A stretch of DNA of 64,000 bases from Candidatus Tayloriibacteriota bacterium (GTDB lineage: Bacteria; Patescibacteriota; Minisyncoccia; Phycocordibacterales; PALSA-1337): the NCBI GenBank assembly GCA_003151615.1, contig PLXZ01000003.1, forward strand, positions 3,545 to 67,544. Direction: 5' to 3'. Below are positions 18,403 through 27,752 of this stretch, piece after piece. The notes under the pieces are model-generated. The model was given only the letters and a program-made list of their open reading frames with translations. It was not told where the DNA came from and did not search any database. Within the stretch, counting starts at the first letter, position 1. Every line of letters begins with the position of its first letter. A program made the translations under genes and the position numbers.

Positions 18403-18924
18403 CTAAACTTTCACACTAGGATCAAGAGCTTTTTTTAATTTTTCTTTAAGATTTTCAATCGGTTCTAAATCAGAAATTTTTTTTGTAAGCTTAAAACTTG
18501 AATTTTGGTTTTTTCCCATTGAAACCAAGTTTCCTGCTAAACCGGTCGCAACATCCCCTTTATTCCAAATTCCAAAAACCAAATGATCTGGAGTAACACC
18601 AAGACACAATAAATAATCATATTTTGAATCATACCTAATATGATTAAATTGAAAATTTCCCGATATGTCTTCTGAAGCTAGTTTTACTTCAAATTTTTTA
18701 TCAGCAATCTTTAAATCCCAATCTCCAAGTCGTTCCAATTTTTCAACAGTAAAATTAAGTTCTGTTACATATCTTTTAATAAATTCTTCACCTGCATCAC
18801 CTTTACTACTGTTCGGTAGATTTTTGAAAGCTTGATGCGGTTGACCTGCCCATTTTTCATGTATCAATTTCGCCCCAATTACTTCAAGAAATAGTTTATT
18901 CGGATCAATCATTTTTGAGGCCAT
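18403..18924 (-). CDS. Putative Type II restriction endonuclease (small PD-ExK candidate)
   Basis: 173 aa and AT-rich. It overlaps the upstream DNA methyltransferase gene by 20 nt. GDWD ... FEVKL is compatible with a PD-(D/E)XK core. The assignment rests mainly on context. Confidence 0.45.
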   Translation of the reverse strand: MASKMIDPNKLFLEVIGAKLIHEKWAGQPHQAFKNLPNSSKGDAGEEFIKRYVTELNFTVEKLERLGDWDLKIADKKFEVKLASEDISGNFQFNHIRYDSKYDYLLCLGVTPDHLVFGIWNKGDVATGLAGNLVSMGKNQNSSFKLTKKISDLEPIENLKEKLKKALDPSVKV

Positions 18925-19837
18925 TATTTAATAAAGCTAATTTAATATGATACATAGAAATATGTCTGCAGTTATGAGTGGCTAAATTACTATACTTATT
19001 CCAATCTATATTTTTAAGAATATTTTTTATTTTTCTTATATCTTTTTTAATTATAATACCGTATCCACAACCATATTTTACTTCTGAAAAATTATTTACT
19101 AGTATAGGTGGATTACCAAAATATGTTCTCTGTAAAAAGGTATCGCAACTCTTAATCTTCTTCATTCCGCACAATCTCTCCTTTCTCATATCAACAGTAA
19201 ATAGCTCAACAAAACTATCACAAAAACTTAAATCAGGCAATGCTGGCGCATCACCTTTTTTCCAAATCTGCCATAGGGTATTGACTTGAACGTGTTCTCC
19301 ATTTGGAAGAACAAACAAATCACCAGAAAGTTTTTCAGAATGAACAAGCGTCATTCCTATTACTCTATTTTTTGGACTTCCTTTACCATCACTTTGAAAT
19401 GACATCGGAAGAATAAAACCAACATAGTCACAAAACTCAGCTGCACGATTCAAGAAAGCTAAAGCAAGCCAACCCCTATAACCAAAAGGAGGATTACCGA
19501 TCGCAATACAAGGTCTCTGATCTGTATTATTTGGCATCCATGTCAAAAAATCTTGCTGTATATATTCTTTATTAAATTTTTCAACATCAATACCAATACG
19601 ATTATTCTTAGGAAGAAGATTATAAAAAGAACCCGTACCTGCGCTTGGCTCGACAATTTTATAATTCTTTATTGATGCACCATCATTTTTGAGAAATTTT
19701 TGAAATGAATTCCAACAGTATTCAGCAACTTTTGGTAGAGTATTATACTGATCTAAACCTACTTCCCTACCACGTACCCAATTTGGAATACGATCAGTAT
19801 TTTCCCAAGCTTTATTTCTAAGAATAGTTGCATTCAT
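18905..19837 (-). CDS. N6-adenine DNA methyltransferase, gamma class (Type II R-M modification subunit)
   Basis: EPSAGTGSF (motif I) precedes IGNPPFG (motif IV NPPF), and a C-terminal target-recognition region follows. The gene is very AT-rich relative to its flanks. Confidence 0.8.
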   Translation of the reverse strand: MNATILRNKAWENTDRIPNWVRGREVGLDQYNTLPKVAEYCWNSFQKFLKNDGASIKNYKIVEPSAGTGSFYNLLPKNNRIGIDVEKFNKEYIQQDFLTWMPNNTDQRPCIAIGNPPFGYRGWLALAFLNRAAEFCDYVGFILPMSFQSDGKGSPKNRVIGMTLVHSEKLSGDLFVLPNGEHVQVNTLWQIWKKGDAPALPDLSFCDSFVELFTVDMRKERLCGMKKIKSCDTFLQRTYFGNPPILVNNFSEVKYGCGYGIIIKKDIRKIKNILKNIDWNKYSNLATHNCRHISMYHIKLALLNNGLKND

Positions 19838-20397
19838 ACCATGAATTATAGCCCAAAAATGATCTTCAGGAAAGGCATTTTAAAAACCTATTTTTGTGGA
19901 TAACTAAGCAACAATAAGCCTATTTTTAGTCCTAAAATGATCATCTTTCAAATAAAATTTCAATGTTTTAATTGATTTCAATTATTTTATTTTGAAGATA
20001 TAATATATCAAGTTTAATCCTTTAAAATGCTGGCGATAGGGATACTTGGACCCTGGGTTCTGTATTGGTTAGGATCTACCTTCTTTTAGCCTTCCTGAAT
20101 AGTCGCTTTCTCGCAAGGCGATTGTTCGGGGAAGCGCATAAAAGTCGAGTTCCCTAATTATCAGAACAATTTCAAGATATAACAATGTCAAGAAGAACTA
20201 GTGCTAAAGTTGCCTCTGAAGCATCTAAGGTACTGAGAGATCCCAAGGCTACCAAAGTGGAGAAATCCGCGGCGGCTAGTGCAATCTCTCAGAGATCCAA
20301 GAAGTAGTTAATACTTCTACTTATTGCCAGCATTTTAGTGGATTAAAATCTCGCACCTTTTCATGTATAATATGCTGACAAGTAACAAATAAAGATA

Positions 20398-20799
20398 ATG
20401 ACAAAAACACAAAAAGTTTGCTATTACGTGATGTTGACGCTAATAAGTGTGCTGTTTCTCTTTTCGGGATATTCGAAGGTTTCGGGACAGGTGGCGGTGA
20501 TACAGGGCTTCCAGGCGGCGCATCTGCCGATTTGGTTCATGTATTTCATCGGCGTGTGTGAAATTCTCGGCGCAATCGGGCTGTGGCTGCGAAAGTTCCA
20601 AGCTTGGGCTGCGTACGGGCTTTTCATCATTCTCGCCGGAGCGGTCGTAACGACGGCAATGTTCGTAAGCGTTCCCGAAGCTCTCTTTCCCGTCATCACG
20701 GCAATTATTCTCGGACTTGTGCTATGGCTCGGCAAAAAGCGTTCAAAAATAATGTCGACTGCAAGCGCTCCGACACAAATTTCGACTCCGACGATATAA
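20398..20799 (+). CDS. DoxX-family membrane protein
   Basis: 133 aa with 4 TM helices and a DoxX-like arrangement. Confidence 0.7.
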   Translation: MTKTQKVCYYVMLTLISVLFLFSGYSKVSGQVAVIQGFQAAHLPIWFMYFIGVCEILGAIGLWLRKFQAWAAYGLFIILAGAVVTTAMFVSVPEALFPVITAIILGLVLWLGKKRSKIMSTASAPTQISTPTI

Positions 20800-20816
20800 G
20801 TTATTAGTCTGCTTCT

Positions 20817-21377
20817 TCAAGCATTCCCCAATTCCACCACCCTTTCAAAATGTGCCTGCGAAACGGGCATGACGGAGAGACGCTGGCCGTTCTGAAGAAC
20901 GAGCATGCCGCTGAGCTTTGCGCCTTCTCTTTTTAAATCTGCGAGGAAAACGGGTTGCGCGAATTTGCTGACAAATTCCAAGTCAACGCACATCCACATC
21001 GGTGGTTTCCCTGCTTTTACATATGCGACGGCTTTCGGGTCGAAATGTTCGTCTTTTGGATTGAGGGCGCTTTCGTCAATGTGCGCTTCGCTCGCCACCC
21101 GCGCAGTGCCATAAACACCGGCCGGAGATTTCGGCGTGCCGTTTGAATGATAGAAAAGCACAAGGTCGTTGATTTTCATTCCATCGCGCATAAAATTCCT
21201 GGCCTGAAAATTGCGGATGCCTTCCCATGGGACGGGACCGCCCTTTTTACCATTACCACTCTGACTGTCGCGTTTCAAATCATCAATCGAATAACATTCC
21301 GCTTCTGATTTTACGAGCCAGAATTTTTGCCCTGATTTTGTTTCTTGTTTGATTGAATTGTTTACTTTTTTAGCCAT
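20817..21377 (-). CDS. EVE-domain (PUA-like) protein
   Basis: FWLVKSEAECYSIDDL ... WEGIRNFQARNFMRDGMKINDLVLFYHS ... RLSVMPV matches the EVE domain consensus. I place the start at MAKKVNN; the track ORF extends to 21395. Confidence 0.8.
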   Translation of the reverse strand: MAKKVNNSIKQETKSGQKFWLVKSEAECYSIDDLKRDSQSGNGKKGGPVPWEGIRNFQARNFMRDGMKINDLVLFYHSNGTPKSPAGVYGTARVASEAHIDESALNPKDEHFDPKAVAYVKAGKPPMWMCVDLEFVSKFAQPVFLADLKREGAKLSGMLVLQNGQRLSVMPVSQAHFERVVELGNA

Positions 21378-21474
21378 ACTAATATGATACCGCATAATCT
21401 AAAATTAATTGACAACATTGAAAATAACCATATAGTGATTTCAGAAGCAAAAAACAATAACCTTTTTAAAATGT

Positions 21475-21861
21475 ATGCCTAAGATAATCAATCTGAACAA
21501 GGTAAAGCGCTCTTTTCAAATCACCATTGGCCTGCGCGAAGGATACAAAAACGGGAAACTTCACACGATAAAAGAAGTCGAAAAAATCATCGGAAAATGG
21601 CTGCTGGAGCAAAAATTCGCAAACAAGCCATACTTGGCGGGCACGATAACCCGGAGCACGGTCGTTTACGCCCACAAAACCGTCATCACCGAACCCGTTG
21701 CAATATATGACGGGAATGTAAACCCGCTCTACATGCAAAATTTTAACGACAAAAAAATCGTGGAATCTTTGACCGAGATTGTCGAAATTCTCATGAAAAA
21801 ACTCAACCAGACCCGCATTTATTTTTCTTATCTGGATCAGATTTACATCGCGGAAAAATAA
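21475..21861 (+). CDS. Hypothetical protein
   Basis: 128-aa ORF, followed by the terminator at 21868-21912. I recognised no motifs. Confidence 0.45.
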   Translation: MPKIINLNKVKRSFQITIGLREGYKNGKLHTIKEVEKIIGKWLLEQKFANKPYLAGTITRSTVVYAHKTVITEPVAIYDGNVNPLYMQNFNDKKIVESLTEIVEILMKKLNQTRIYFSYLDQIYIAEK

Positions 21862-21867
21862 ATGCCA

Positions 21868-21912
21868 AGTTTCTTAATCGACAGATTGCATCGGGCAATC
21901 TGTTTTTTTATT
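21868..21912 (+). terminator. Rho-independent terminator (bidirectional, shared by convergent genes)
   Basis: acagattgcatcgggcaatctgt hairpin followed by ttttttt. Confidence 0.7.
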
Positions 21913-21919
21913 TCCCCAT

Positions 21920-23569
21920 TTATTTCTCTTCCACCAAACCCTTCCCCAAATCGAGCGTTTCATCGATTCGAATCTGCGAAATGAATTCGGGCACGTGGGA
22001 GACGATGATCATGGCACCTTCGTAGTCATTCAACGCCTTCGCGATAACGGGCAAATGGCGGAAATTGATATGGTTTGTCGGCTCGTCGAGAATGAGCAAT
22101 CCGGGCTTTTGCAAAACGAGACGCGCGAACGCGACGAGACCCTTCTGCCCTTCTGAAAGAGAAGCAATTTTCGTGTGAATAGAATCTGCGGTAATAAGAA
22201 AGCTCGCGGCGACTGCGCGGAGTTCGGTTTCGATGAGGCGACCGGCGGTGGCTCGGATGATTTTCTCGAGAGATTCGTACACGGTATCGTTAAAATCCAT
22301 CATGGAAAAATCCTGGCGATAATAACCGACGCGGATGCCTTCGGAAATGACAGTTCCACCGCTGGTCTTTTCATCCAAAGGTGATTTGACCGTACCGCTC
22401 GCATCCACTTCGCCTGCGGCGGCGTAAATTTTTTCGAGCAAGGTTGATTTGCCAATGCCGTTCGGACCAGCCAACATTAAATGATTTCGACGACGCAGGG
22501 CAATAGACGAAGTCCGTTTGACCGGCTTGTGCGTTTTAGGATCCAAAACTGAATATGCCTTTATCGTAATGATGTCGCCCGGAATGCTCGACAAATCAGG
22601 CTGAATCGGAATCTCGAATTCGCGGATGGTTTTATCCTCGCGGCGCACGTCCACTTTTTCTTCCTCCAATTCTTCGGCGCGCTCGCGCATGCGTTTGGCG
22701 ACCAGACGCATCTGACCTCCCTTCATGGCGAAGAAGTTGGCCTTTTCCTTGTTCGCCTGGATTTCTTTCGCCAATTGGGCATTTTTCATATTTTCCTTTT
22801 CGATGCGTGCGGTGATTTGGCTGACCACGTCCTTGTAGTTGCCGACATACTGTTCGACTTTGCGGGTATAGACGTCGAGATATAAAACTCCGTGCGTAAA
22901 GGCATTGAGGAAATCCGCATCATGCGAAATAACGAGACATGTTTTTTTATAATTGACCAAAAATTGCGTCAAGTGTTGAATTCCGGCCTTGTCCAAATTG
23001 TTCGTCGGCTCGTCGAGAAGTAAAATGTCGGGGTCCTGAATGAGAGCCGACGCCAAAAGCAAACGCGCCTGCTGTCCGCCCGAAAATGTCTTGACAATGC
23101 GGTCCTTAAGGTCGACATGTGCGGTTTTCGCAGTCGACTTTGGCATATGCAAATTCACCACTTCCAAAACGGCATCAATACGCGGATCCAAATCATATTT
23201 CTTTTCCTTGAAACATTTCGCGAAAAATTCACGAACGGTCAATTCCAGATCGGGACGATGAATGACCTGGCGCGCGGTCGCGACCGACGCACCGTTTGAA
23301 ACAAAAATTTCGCCGCTCTCCGGCTTCAGGCCACCGGCACTTTTATCAGTTCCCGGAGCACCGAGGACCATTCCGAAAATAGTGCTCTTGCCCGCCCCAT
23401 TCTGACCCATGATGGTGATTTTTGTGCCGCGGCGAACGGTAAAGCTTACTTCCTCAAGAAGCATTTTGTTCGGCGTGTATTCAAAAGACACGTCATCGAA
23501 ACGGATGACAGTATCGCCGGAAAAGTTCGGGCGTTCTGATTTAGAGCTGTTTTTATCGTTTTTGGCCAT
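21920..23569 (-). CDS. ABC-F family ATPase (tandem ABC domains, no TM; translation-factor type)
   Basis: Two Walker A motifs (GQNGAGKST; GPNGIGKST), two LSGGQ-like signatures (LSGGQQARL; LSEGQKGLV) and a charged inter-domain linker. The start is set at MAKNDKN. Confidence 0.85.
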   Translation of the reverse strand: MAKNDKNSSKSERPNFSGDTVIRFDDVSFEYTPNKMLLEEVSFTVRRGTKITIMGQNGAGKSTIFGMVLGAPGTDKSAGGLKPESGEIFVSNGASVATARQVIHRPDLELTVREFFAKCFKEKKYDLDPRIDAVLEVVNLHMPKSTAKTAHVDLKDRIVKTFSGGQQARLLLASALIQDPDILLLDEPTNNLDKAGIQHLTQFLVNYKKTCLVISHDADFLNAFTHGVLYLDVYTRKVEQYVGNYKDVVSQITARIEKENMKNAQLAKEIQANKEKANFFAMKGGQMRLVAKRMRERAEELEEEKVDVRREDKTIREFEIPIQPDLSSIPGDIITIKAYSVLDPKTHKPVKRTSSIALRRRNHLMLAGPNGIGKSTLLEKIYAAAGEVDASGTVKSPLDEKTSGGTVISEGIRVGYYRQDFSMMDFNDTVYESLEKIIRATAGRLIETELRAVAASFLITADSIHTKIASLSEGQKGLVAFARLVLQKPGLLILDEPTNHINFRHLPVIAKALNDYEGAMIIVSHVPEFISQIRIDETLDLGKGLVEEK

Positions 23570-23749
23570 GTTTACGTCGTGAATAGTTGAGGAATCAGAA
23601 TAGCATTTTCCGCGCAACTTCGCTATTTTTAGCTCAACTCTCCAACATTATGTGCACAACTTTCATTGCATTCCCGCATAAGAAGCATAGAATTGAAATT
23701 GGCGGTTTCACACAGTTCTCTTCAAACAAACAACAAAAAAGGAGACTCG

Positions 23750-24256
23750 ATTATGCGACACAAAAGAGTGTACCATCTGCCGGCGAAGGTTAAACTTCCG
23801 TTCGACATCGGAACCGCAGAATCCAGAAAAGATTTTTACGGATATAAGGTTCGAGAAGGCTTTTTTCACTTTCCGGAAATAGTTCTGGATATCATTGAAA
23901 ACGAGCCCTCGTATTTTAAACACGCAATCAGGAACACCATGACTGCCTGCCGCGGCGCTCAATTTTCGTGCGGAACAATACTCACGAAAGACAGCGACGC
24001 CGATGTGCCTTTTTTATTCACTCCATCCGAATTGAAACGATACCATGTCATCAATGTATATCGTGAAAAATTCGGAGACGAACCTTCGGTGGCGTCCTTT
24101 ACCGTCATGAAACTTGCCCCGAGAACTTCCCTGCCCGAACGCCGGGAAACACTCGATTTTTTGATCGGTCTGGTTCTCGAGGAAGAAGAGCGCAAGAAAC
24201 ATCTTCTTGAACAATCAGTTTCCGATACTTTTAAAAAACACAAAGGATGGGGGTGA
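23750..24256 (+). CDS. Hypothetical protein
   Basis: Strong RBS (aaggag) 8 nt before the ATG at 23750. 169 aa. A terminator hairpin (cccgcccgcgaccagcgccggcggg plus a T-run) follows at ~24277-24310. Confidence 0.55.
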   Translation: MMRHKRVYHLPAKVKLPFDIGTAESRKDFYGYKVREGFFHFPEIVLDIIENEPSYFKHAIRNTMTACRGAQFSCGTILTKDSDADVPFLFTPSELKRYHVINVYREKFGDEPSVASFTVMKLAPRTSLPERRETLDFLIGLVLEEEERKKHLLEQSVSDTFKKHKGWG

Positions 24257-24341
24257 CCGCTTCCGTTCCTGAATTCAGTTCCCGCCCGCGACCAGCGCCG
24301 GCGGGAATTTTTTGTACCGGGTAGTATGCTACAATTGCCCC

Positions 24342-24770
24342 ATGTCAAAATCATTTTTGAAGGTTAACCCGGCAAATGAAGTCACCATACGGAAGAACGG
24401 CAGCGACGAAAAAAGCCTGCTCGTCCGGGCATTGCTCGGGGGAACTTTCGGGACCGACAGCATCGAAACATTGAAGACATGGGCGCGCCAGCTCGGCGCA
24501 GCCATTCAGACGGCCAGCGAAAGCATCGACAAAAAGCCCATCTGCGTTCTCATCGACATCAGCACCTTTGAACTTTACACTGATCCGCAGGTCGTCACCG
24601 TTTTGGTCAACCTTATGAAGACCGACAATCCTTTCGTGCACAAGACGGCGACATTCGGAGGCCGGACCGATCTGGAAATGATCGAGAACATCATAAAAGG
24701 TTTTGCGGGACGCGACAATCTGCGGAATTTCAAAACAGAAGCCGAGGCCCTGGCTTGGCTCTCGGCTTAA
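24342..24770 (+). CDS. Hypothetical protein, STAS-like fold suspected
   Basis: ICVLIDISTFELYTDPQVVTVLVNLMK ... AEALAWL resembles STAS/DUF4325-type domains. The start may instead be at 24312. Confidence 0.4.
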   Translation: MSKSFLKVNPANEVTIRKNGSDEKSLLVRALLGGTFGTDSIETLKTWARQLGAAIQTASESIDKKPICVLIDISTFELYTDPQVVTVLVNLMKTDNPFVHKTATFGGRTDLEMIENIIKGFAGRDNLRNFKTEAEALAWLSA

Positions 24771-24800
24771 GTTTGCTTAATTTTTAAAGCTTATTTCTTG

Positions 24801-25520
24801 CTAGTTGCCTGTCGGATGAGCGCTCTCGCTCTGTCCCGCAGGACCAGTTACGAATTTGAATGATTTGACCATGGCCGTGAATTCCTGGGTTGCTTCTGAA
24901 ATGATAGTGCCGTTATTGGTCTGCATTGCTCCGTTTGAAGTTTTCGTTGCAACCGCGCCGAATGCGAACACATAGCAGTACTGATCGCGACCAGTGCCCT
25001 GCTGAAGCGTGTACATCATGTCCGTATAGTTAAGGCTGGCCGTCGAATTCTGCACCGAGAGTGTGCCGAATGAATTCGTGCCGACTGTTGTCGTTGATTC
25101 CTTTACAGTAGCCGATGAGCCAAGCGATGGGAACACGCAAGCTCCCGAAGTCGTGTATATGCTCGCTGCGAGAGTTGCGATGCTGTTTGAAGTTGAGGGG
25201 TTCTTGCCGGCGATTGTCAGAGGAATGGTGAAGCTTGGTCCGGAAGGATCAGATTCGATTTTCCATGAAGACGTATAGTCCACCGAGAAGCCGAGTTCAT
25301 TGTTTGTGTAAAGCGAGACGCCGTTTGAAGTGGAAACTACTTCCGTTACTGGGATTGGAGTTGTTGTCGGAGCGGCGGCATTAGGACCAGTCGGAGCGGC
25401 TACGTATCCGCCTGTTGTACCGGAGTATGTCGAGGAACTGCCGTGCTTGCCAATAAAGACTGCGATAATAATGATTACAATGACGACGATTACGCCGATG
25501 ATAATATTTTGTTTTTTCAT
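24801..25520 (-). CDS. Hypothetical N-terminally anchored extracellular protein
   Basis: An N-terminal TM helix (IIIGVIVVIVIIIIAVFI) followed by a Thr/Ser/Gly-rich mature region. Confidence 0.5.
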   Translation of the reverse strand: MKKQNIIIGVIVVIVIIIIAVFIGKHGSSSTYSGTTGGYVAAPTGPNAAAPTTTPIPVTEVVSTSNGVSLYTNNELGFSVDYTSSWKIESDPSGPSFTIPLTIAGKNPSTSNSIATLAASIYTTSGACVFPSLGSSATVKESTTTVGTNSFGTLSVQNSTASLNYTDMMYTLQQGTGRDQYCYVFAFGAVATKTSNGAMQTNNGTIISEATQEFTAMVKSFKFVTGPAGQSESAHPTGN

Positions 25521-25664
25521 GATGCGAGAAGTATACCATTATTGTCTATTGACAGCAATAGCCGGCAGGAGTAGCATTTTACCTGAACAGCACTGCGATG
25601 GGACGCATACTCGGGTCTGCGTTTACAGCCGCAGAAGTCAAAAAACAGCACAACAGACAACGTT

Positions 25665-25868
25665 ATGAGCAAACAGCATCAGCATGTGGCACATCATCCG
25701 CAAGCAAAGGCGGCACACGGAAACAGCGGTGAGCGCGACAACCGGTTCAGGGTCAGGCAACCGACCGGCCACGATCGCGCATACGTCGGCGAATTTCCCG
25801 ATCACAGTCACGACGGGATGACGCCTCACCGGCACGGCGATGGGTGGGAAGACGCAGTTTACGCTTAA
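25665..25868 (+). CDS. Small His-rich hypothetical protein
   Basis: 67 aa with many His/Asp residues, followed directly by a strong terminator. Whether it is coding is uncertain. Confidence 0.3.
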   Translation: MSKQHQHVAHHPQAKAAHGNSGERDNRFRVRQPTGHDRAYVGEFPDHSHDGMTPHRHGDGWEDAVYA

Positions 25869-25895
25869 TTTAAACACCCCCAACCGGCTCAGCCG

Positions 25896-25935
25896 AAAAA
25901 GGACTCGCACGCTTCACGCGCGCGAGTCCTGATTT
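25896..25935 (+). terminator. Rho-independent terminator (bidirectional)
   Basis: aggactcgcacgcttcacgcgcgcgagtcct hairpin followed by gatttttttaag, with an A-run on the other side. Confidence 0.75.
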
Positions 25936-25953
25936 TTTTAAGAGTTCCGAAAA

Positions 25954-26661
25954 CTATTGCGCGACACCGGTCGTAGTCGCGACCGTCACTTTTTCCATGA
26001 CAACCGGCGTCAGAGGCTTGTCAGCTCCATCCACTTGGGTCGCGGCAATAGCATCAACGACATCCATGCCCGAAATCACATGACCGAATATCGTGTAGCT
26101 GTGCGGCAGTGGCGTGTCTTTTTGCATAATGAAAAACTGCGAGCCATTCGTGTTCGGACCTGCATTTGCCATTGCGACCGTTCCGCGGATGTAGCCTGCC
26201 TGATATGACGGAGTCGAGGAATTAAGCTCATCCGCAAACGTGTACCCCGGACCGCCCGTTCCTGTACCCGTCGGATCTCCTCCTTGAATCATGAAGCCTT
26301 CAATGACGCGGTGAAATATCGTGCCATTGTAAAAGCCCTTATTCGCCAAAGTTATGAAATTATTTACTGTATTCGGCGCATCAGCGTCATAAGTGTCGAA
26401 AACGATTGTGCCTTTATTTGTTTGAATGGTAACCATATGTTCGTTGTTAGTTATATTGCTGTTAATTGTCGTTGAAGCGGAAGTCTGGGTTGTTGTCGGC
26501 GCAGTCGAAACTGGCGCTGAAGCCGAATTGCCCGAACCATTCGCCCAGACAATGAGAGCTATGATTACGATAATCAGGATCACAATGAATGACCAGACTA
26601 CCACCGCCGCTCCCCTCTCGTCTTTTTTAAATTTTTCCTGTTGATTCATGTGATTTTGCAA
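25954..26661 (-). CDS. Peptidyl-prolyl cis-trans isomerase, cyclophilin type, N-terminal TM-anchored
   Basis: [29 protein letters not shown] cyclophilin signature, with an N-terminal TM helix. Confidence 0.85.
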   Translation of the reverse strand: MQNHMNQQEKFKKDERGAAVVVWSFIVILIIVIIALIVWANGSGNSASAPVSTAPTTTQTSASTTINSNITNNEHMVTIQTNKGTIVFDTYDADAPNTVNNFITLANKGFYNGTIFHRVIEGFMIQGGDPTGTGTGGPGYTFADELNSSTPSYQAGYIRGTVAMANAGPNTNGSQFFIMQKDTPLPHSYTIFGHVISGMDVVDAIAATQVDGADKPLTPVVMEKVTVATTTGVAQ

Positions 26662-26681
26662 ATCACGTCGCGCAAGTCCTT

Positions 26682-27719
26682 TTAGCGCGACGCTTTTATT
26701 ATTTTAACATATTCCTCGACCGCCGCCACTATTTTTTTCTTTGCATCATCGAGAGATACGCCTTTGAGCACGACTCCCGCCGCGGCCTTATGTCCGCCGC
26801 CACCGAGCGATTCGGTTATTTTCGCGAGATCGTATTTTTTGGCATCGCGCGTGCGGAAACTTACTTTTATATTTCCCGGCGCCAGTTCGGTTATGCAAAC
26901 GCCGATATCCCAGCCGACCGCCGATTTTATGATGTTTGCTACCATTCCTCCGTTTATGCTCAATTCAGTGACGCCGATTTCCCGCAAACGAACCGCCGAA
27001 ACCGAGGCGACTGCCAGGAAACCGCCGAGAAATGTCTCTATACTGCCCAGCGCCGCGCCCTGAAACAAAAGCTCCTGCTGGCTTCGCGAATTGTCCATGG
27101 TAAACAGAAAATCCGAAAAATCAGGCGCATTCCGGACCAATTCAGCCGCTGCTGAAAACGTTTCGGGTGTTGTCGTCGCAAACCGAAAACCGCCCGTATC
27201 CGTGTACGAACCCATGAAAAGATTGAGGGCGATATCGTGCGTCAATTTAATTCCCCATTCCTTGAACAGATCAAATAAAATGAGCGTCGTTGACGGATAT
27301 TCGGTCACGACCAAATTGATGTCGCGGGCGTAGTTGAGATTGCTGACATGATGGTCGATGTTGACCGTTTTCATGGTTTCCGGAAAAAAGATTTCATCCA
27401 CCCCCTTAACCTGGGATATTCTGTCGAGCGAGCCGCTGTCCAAAATCAAAAACAAGTCGAATTGCGACCGGTCAATTTCAAAAAAGTTTTTCGGAACAAT
27501 TTCGGCCGCACCCGGAAGTCGCGCAAAAACCTCAGGAATAGAGCTGTCGCCGCGAATGAGGGTTGCTTTCTTGCCAAATTGTTCGAGAGCTAATTTCATG
27601 GCCAAAGCCGAACCGATTGAATCGCAATCGGGAAAAATATGGCAATGAAGCAGGATATTTTTAGAAGCCTTGATAAGTTCGAGTATTTTCGGCGCAGTGT
27701 TTTTAACGTTTTCGGTCAT
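26682..27719 (-). CDS. nrnA: DHH-family phosphoesterase (NrnA-like oligoribonuclease/pAp phosphatase)
   Basis: DHH motif (NIDHHVSN), DHHA1 with GGGGH near the C-terminus, and a length of ~345 aa. Confidence 0.8.
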   Translation of the reverse strand: MTENVKNTAPKILELIKASKNILLHCHIFPDCDSIGSALAMKLALEQFGKKATLIRGDSSIPEVFARLPGAAEIVPKNFFEIDRSQFDLFLILDSGSLDRISQVKGVDEIFFPETMKTVNIDHHVSNLNYARDINLVVTEYPSTTLILFDLFKEWGIKLTHDIALNLFMGSYTDTGGFRFATTTPETFSAAAELVRNAPDFSDFLFTMDNSRSQQELLFQGAALGSIETFLGGFLAVASVSAVRLREIGVTELSINGGMVANIIKSAVGWDIGVCITELAPGNIKVSFRTRDAKKYDLAKITESLGGGGHKAAAGVVLKGVSLDDAKKKIVAAVEEYVKIIKASR

Positions 27720-27752
27720 GTGTGTATGTTAAAAGCATTCTAGCATAATTTT

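Noticed and set aside
19838-20400. Possible RNase P RNA or tmRNA in the AT-rich island tail
   Set aside because: Only a partial match to the RNase P CR-V (ACAGAACCC) on the minus strand and a loose AAAGTC..TCC on the plus strand, and these are on opposite strands. There is no CR-I/II/III, and no tRNA-like 3' end or tag-peptide frame for tmRNA.
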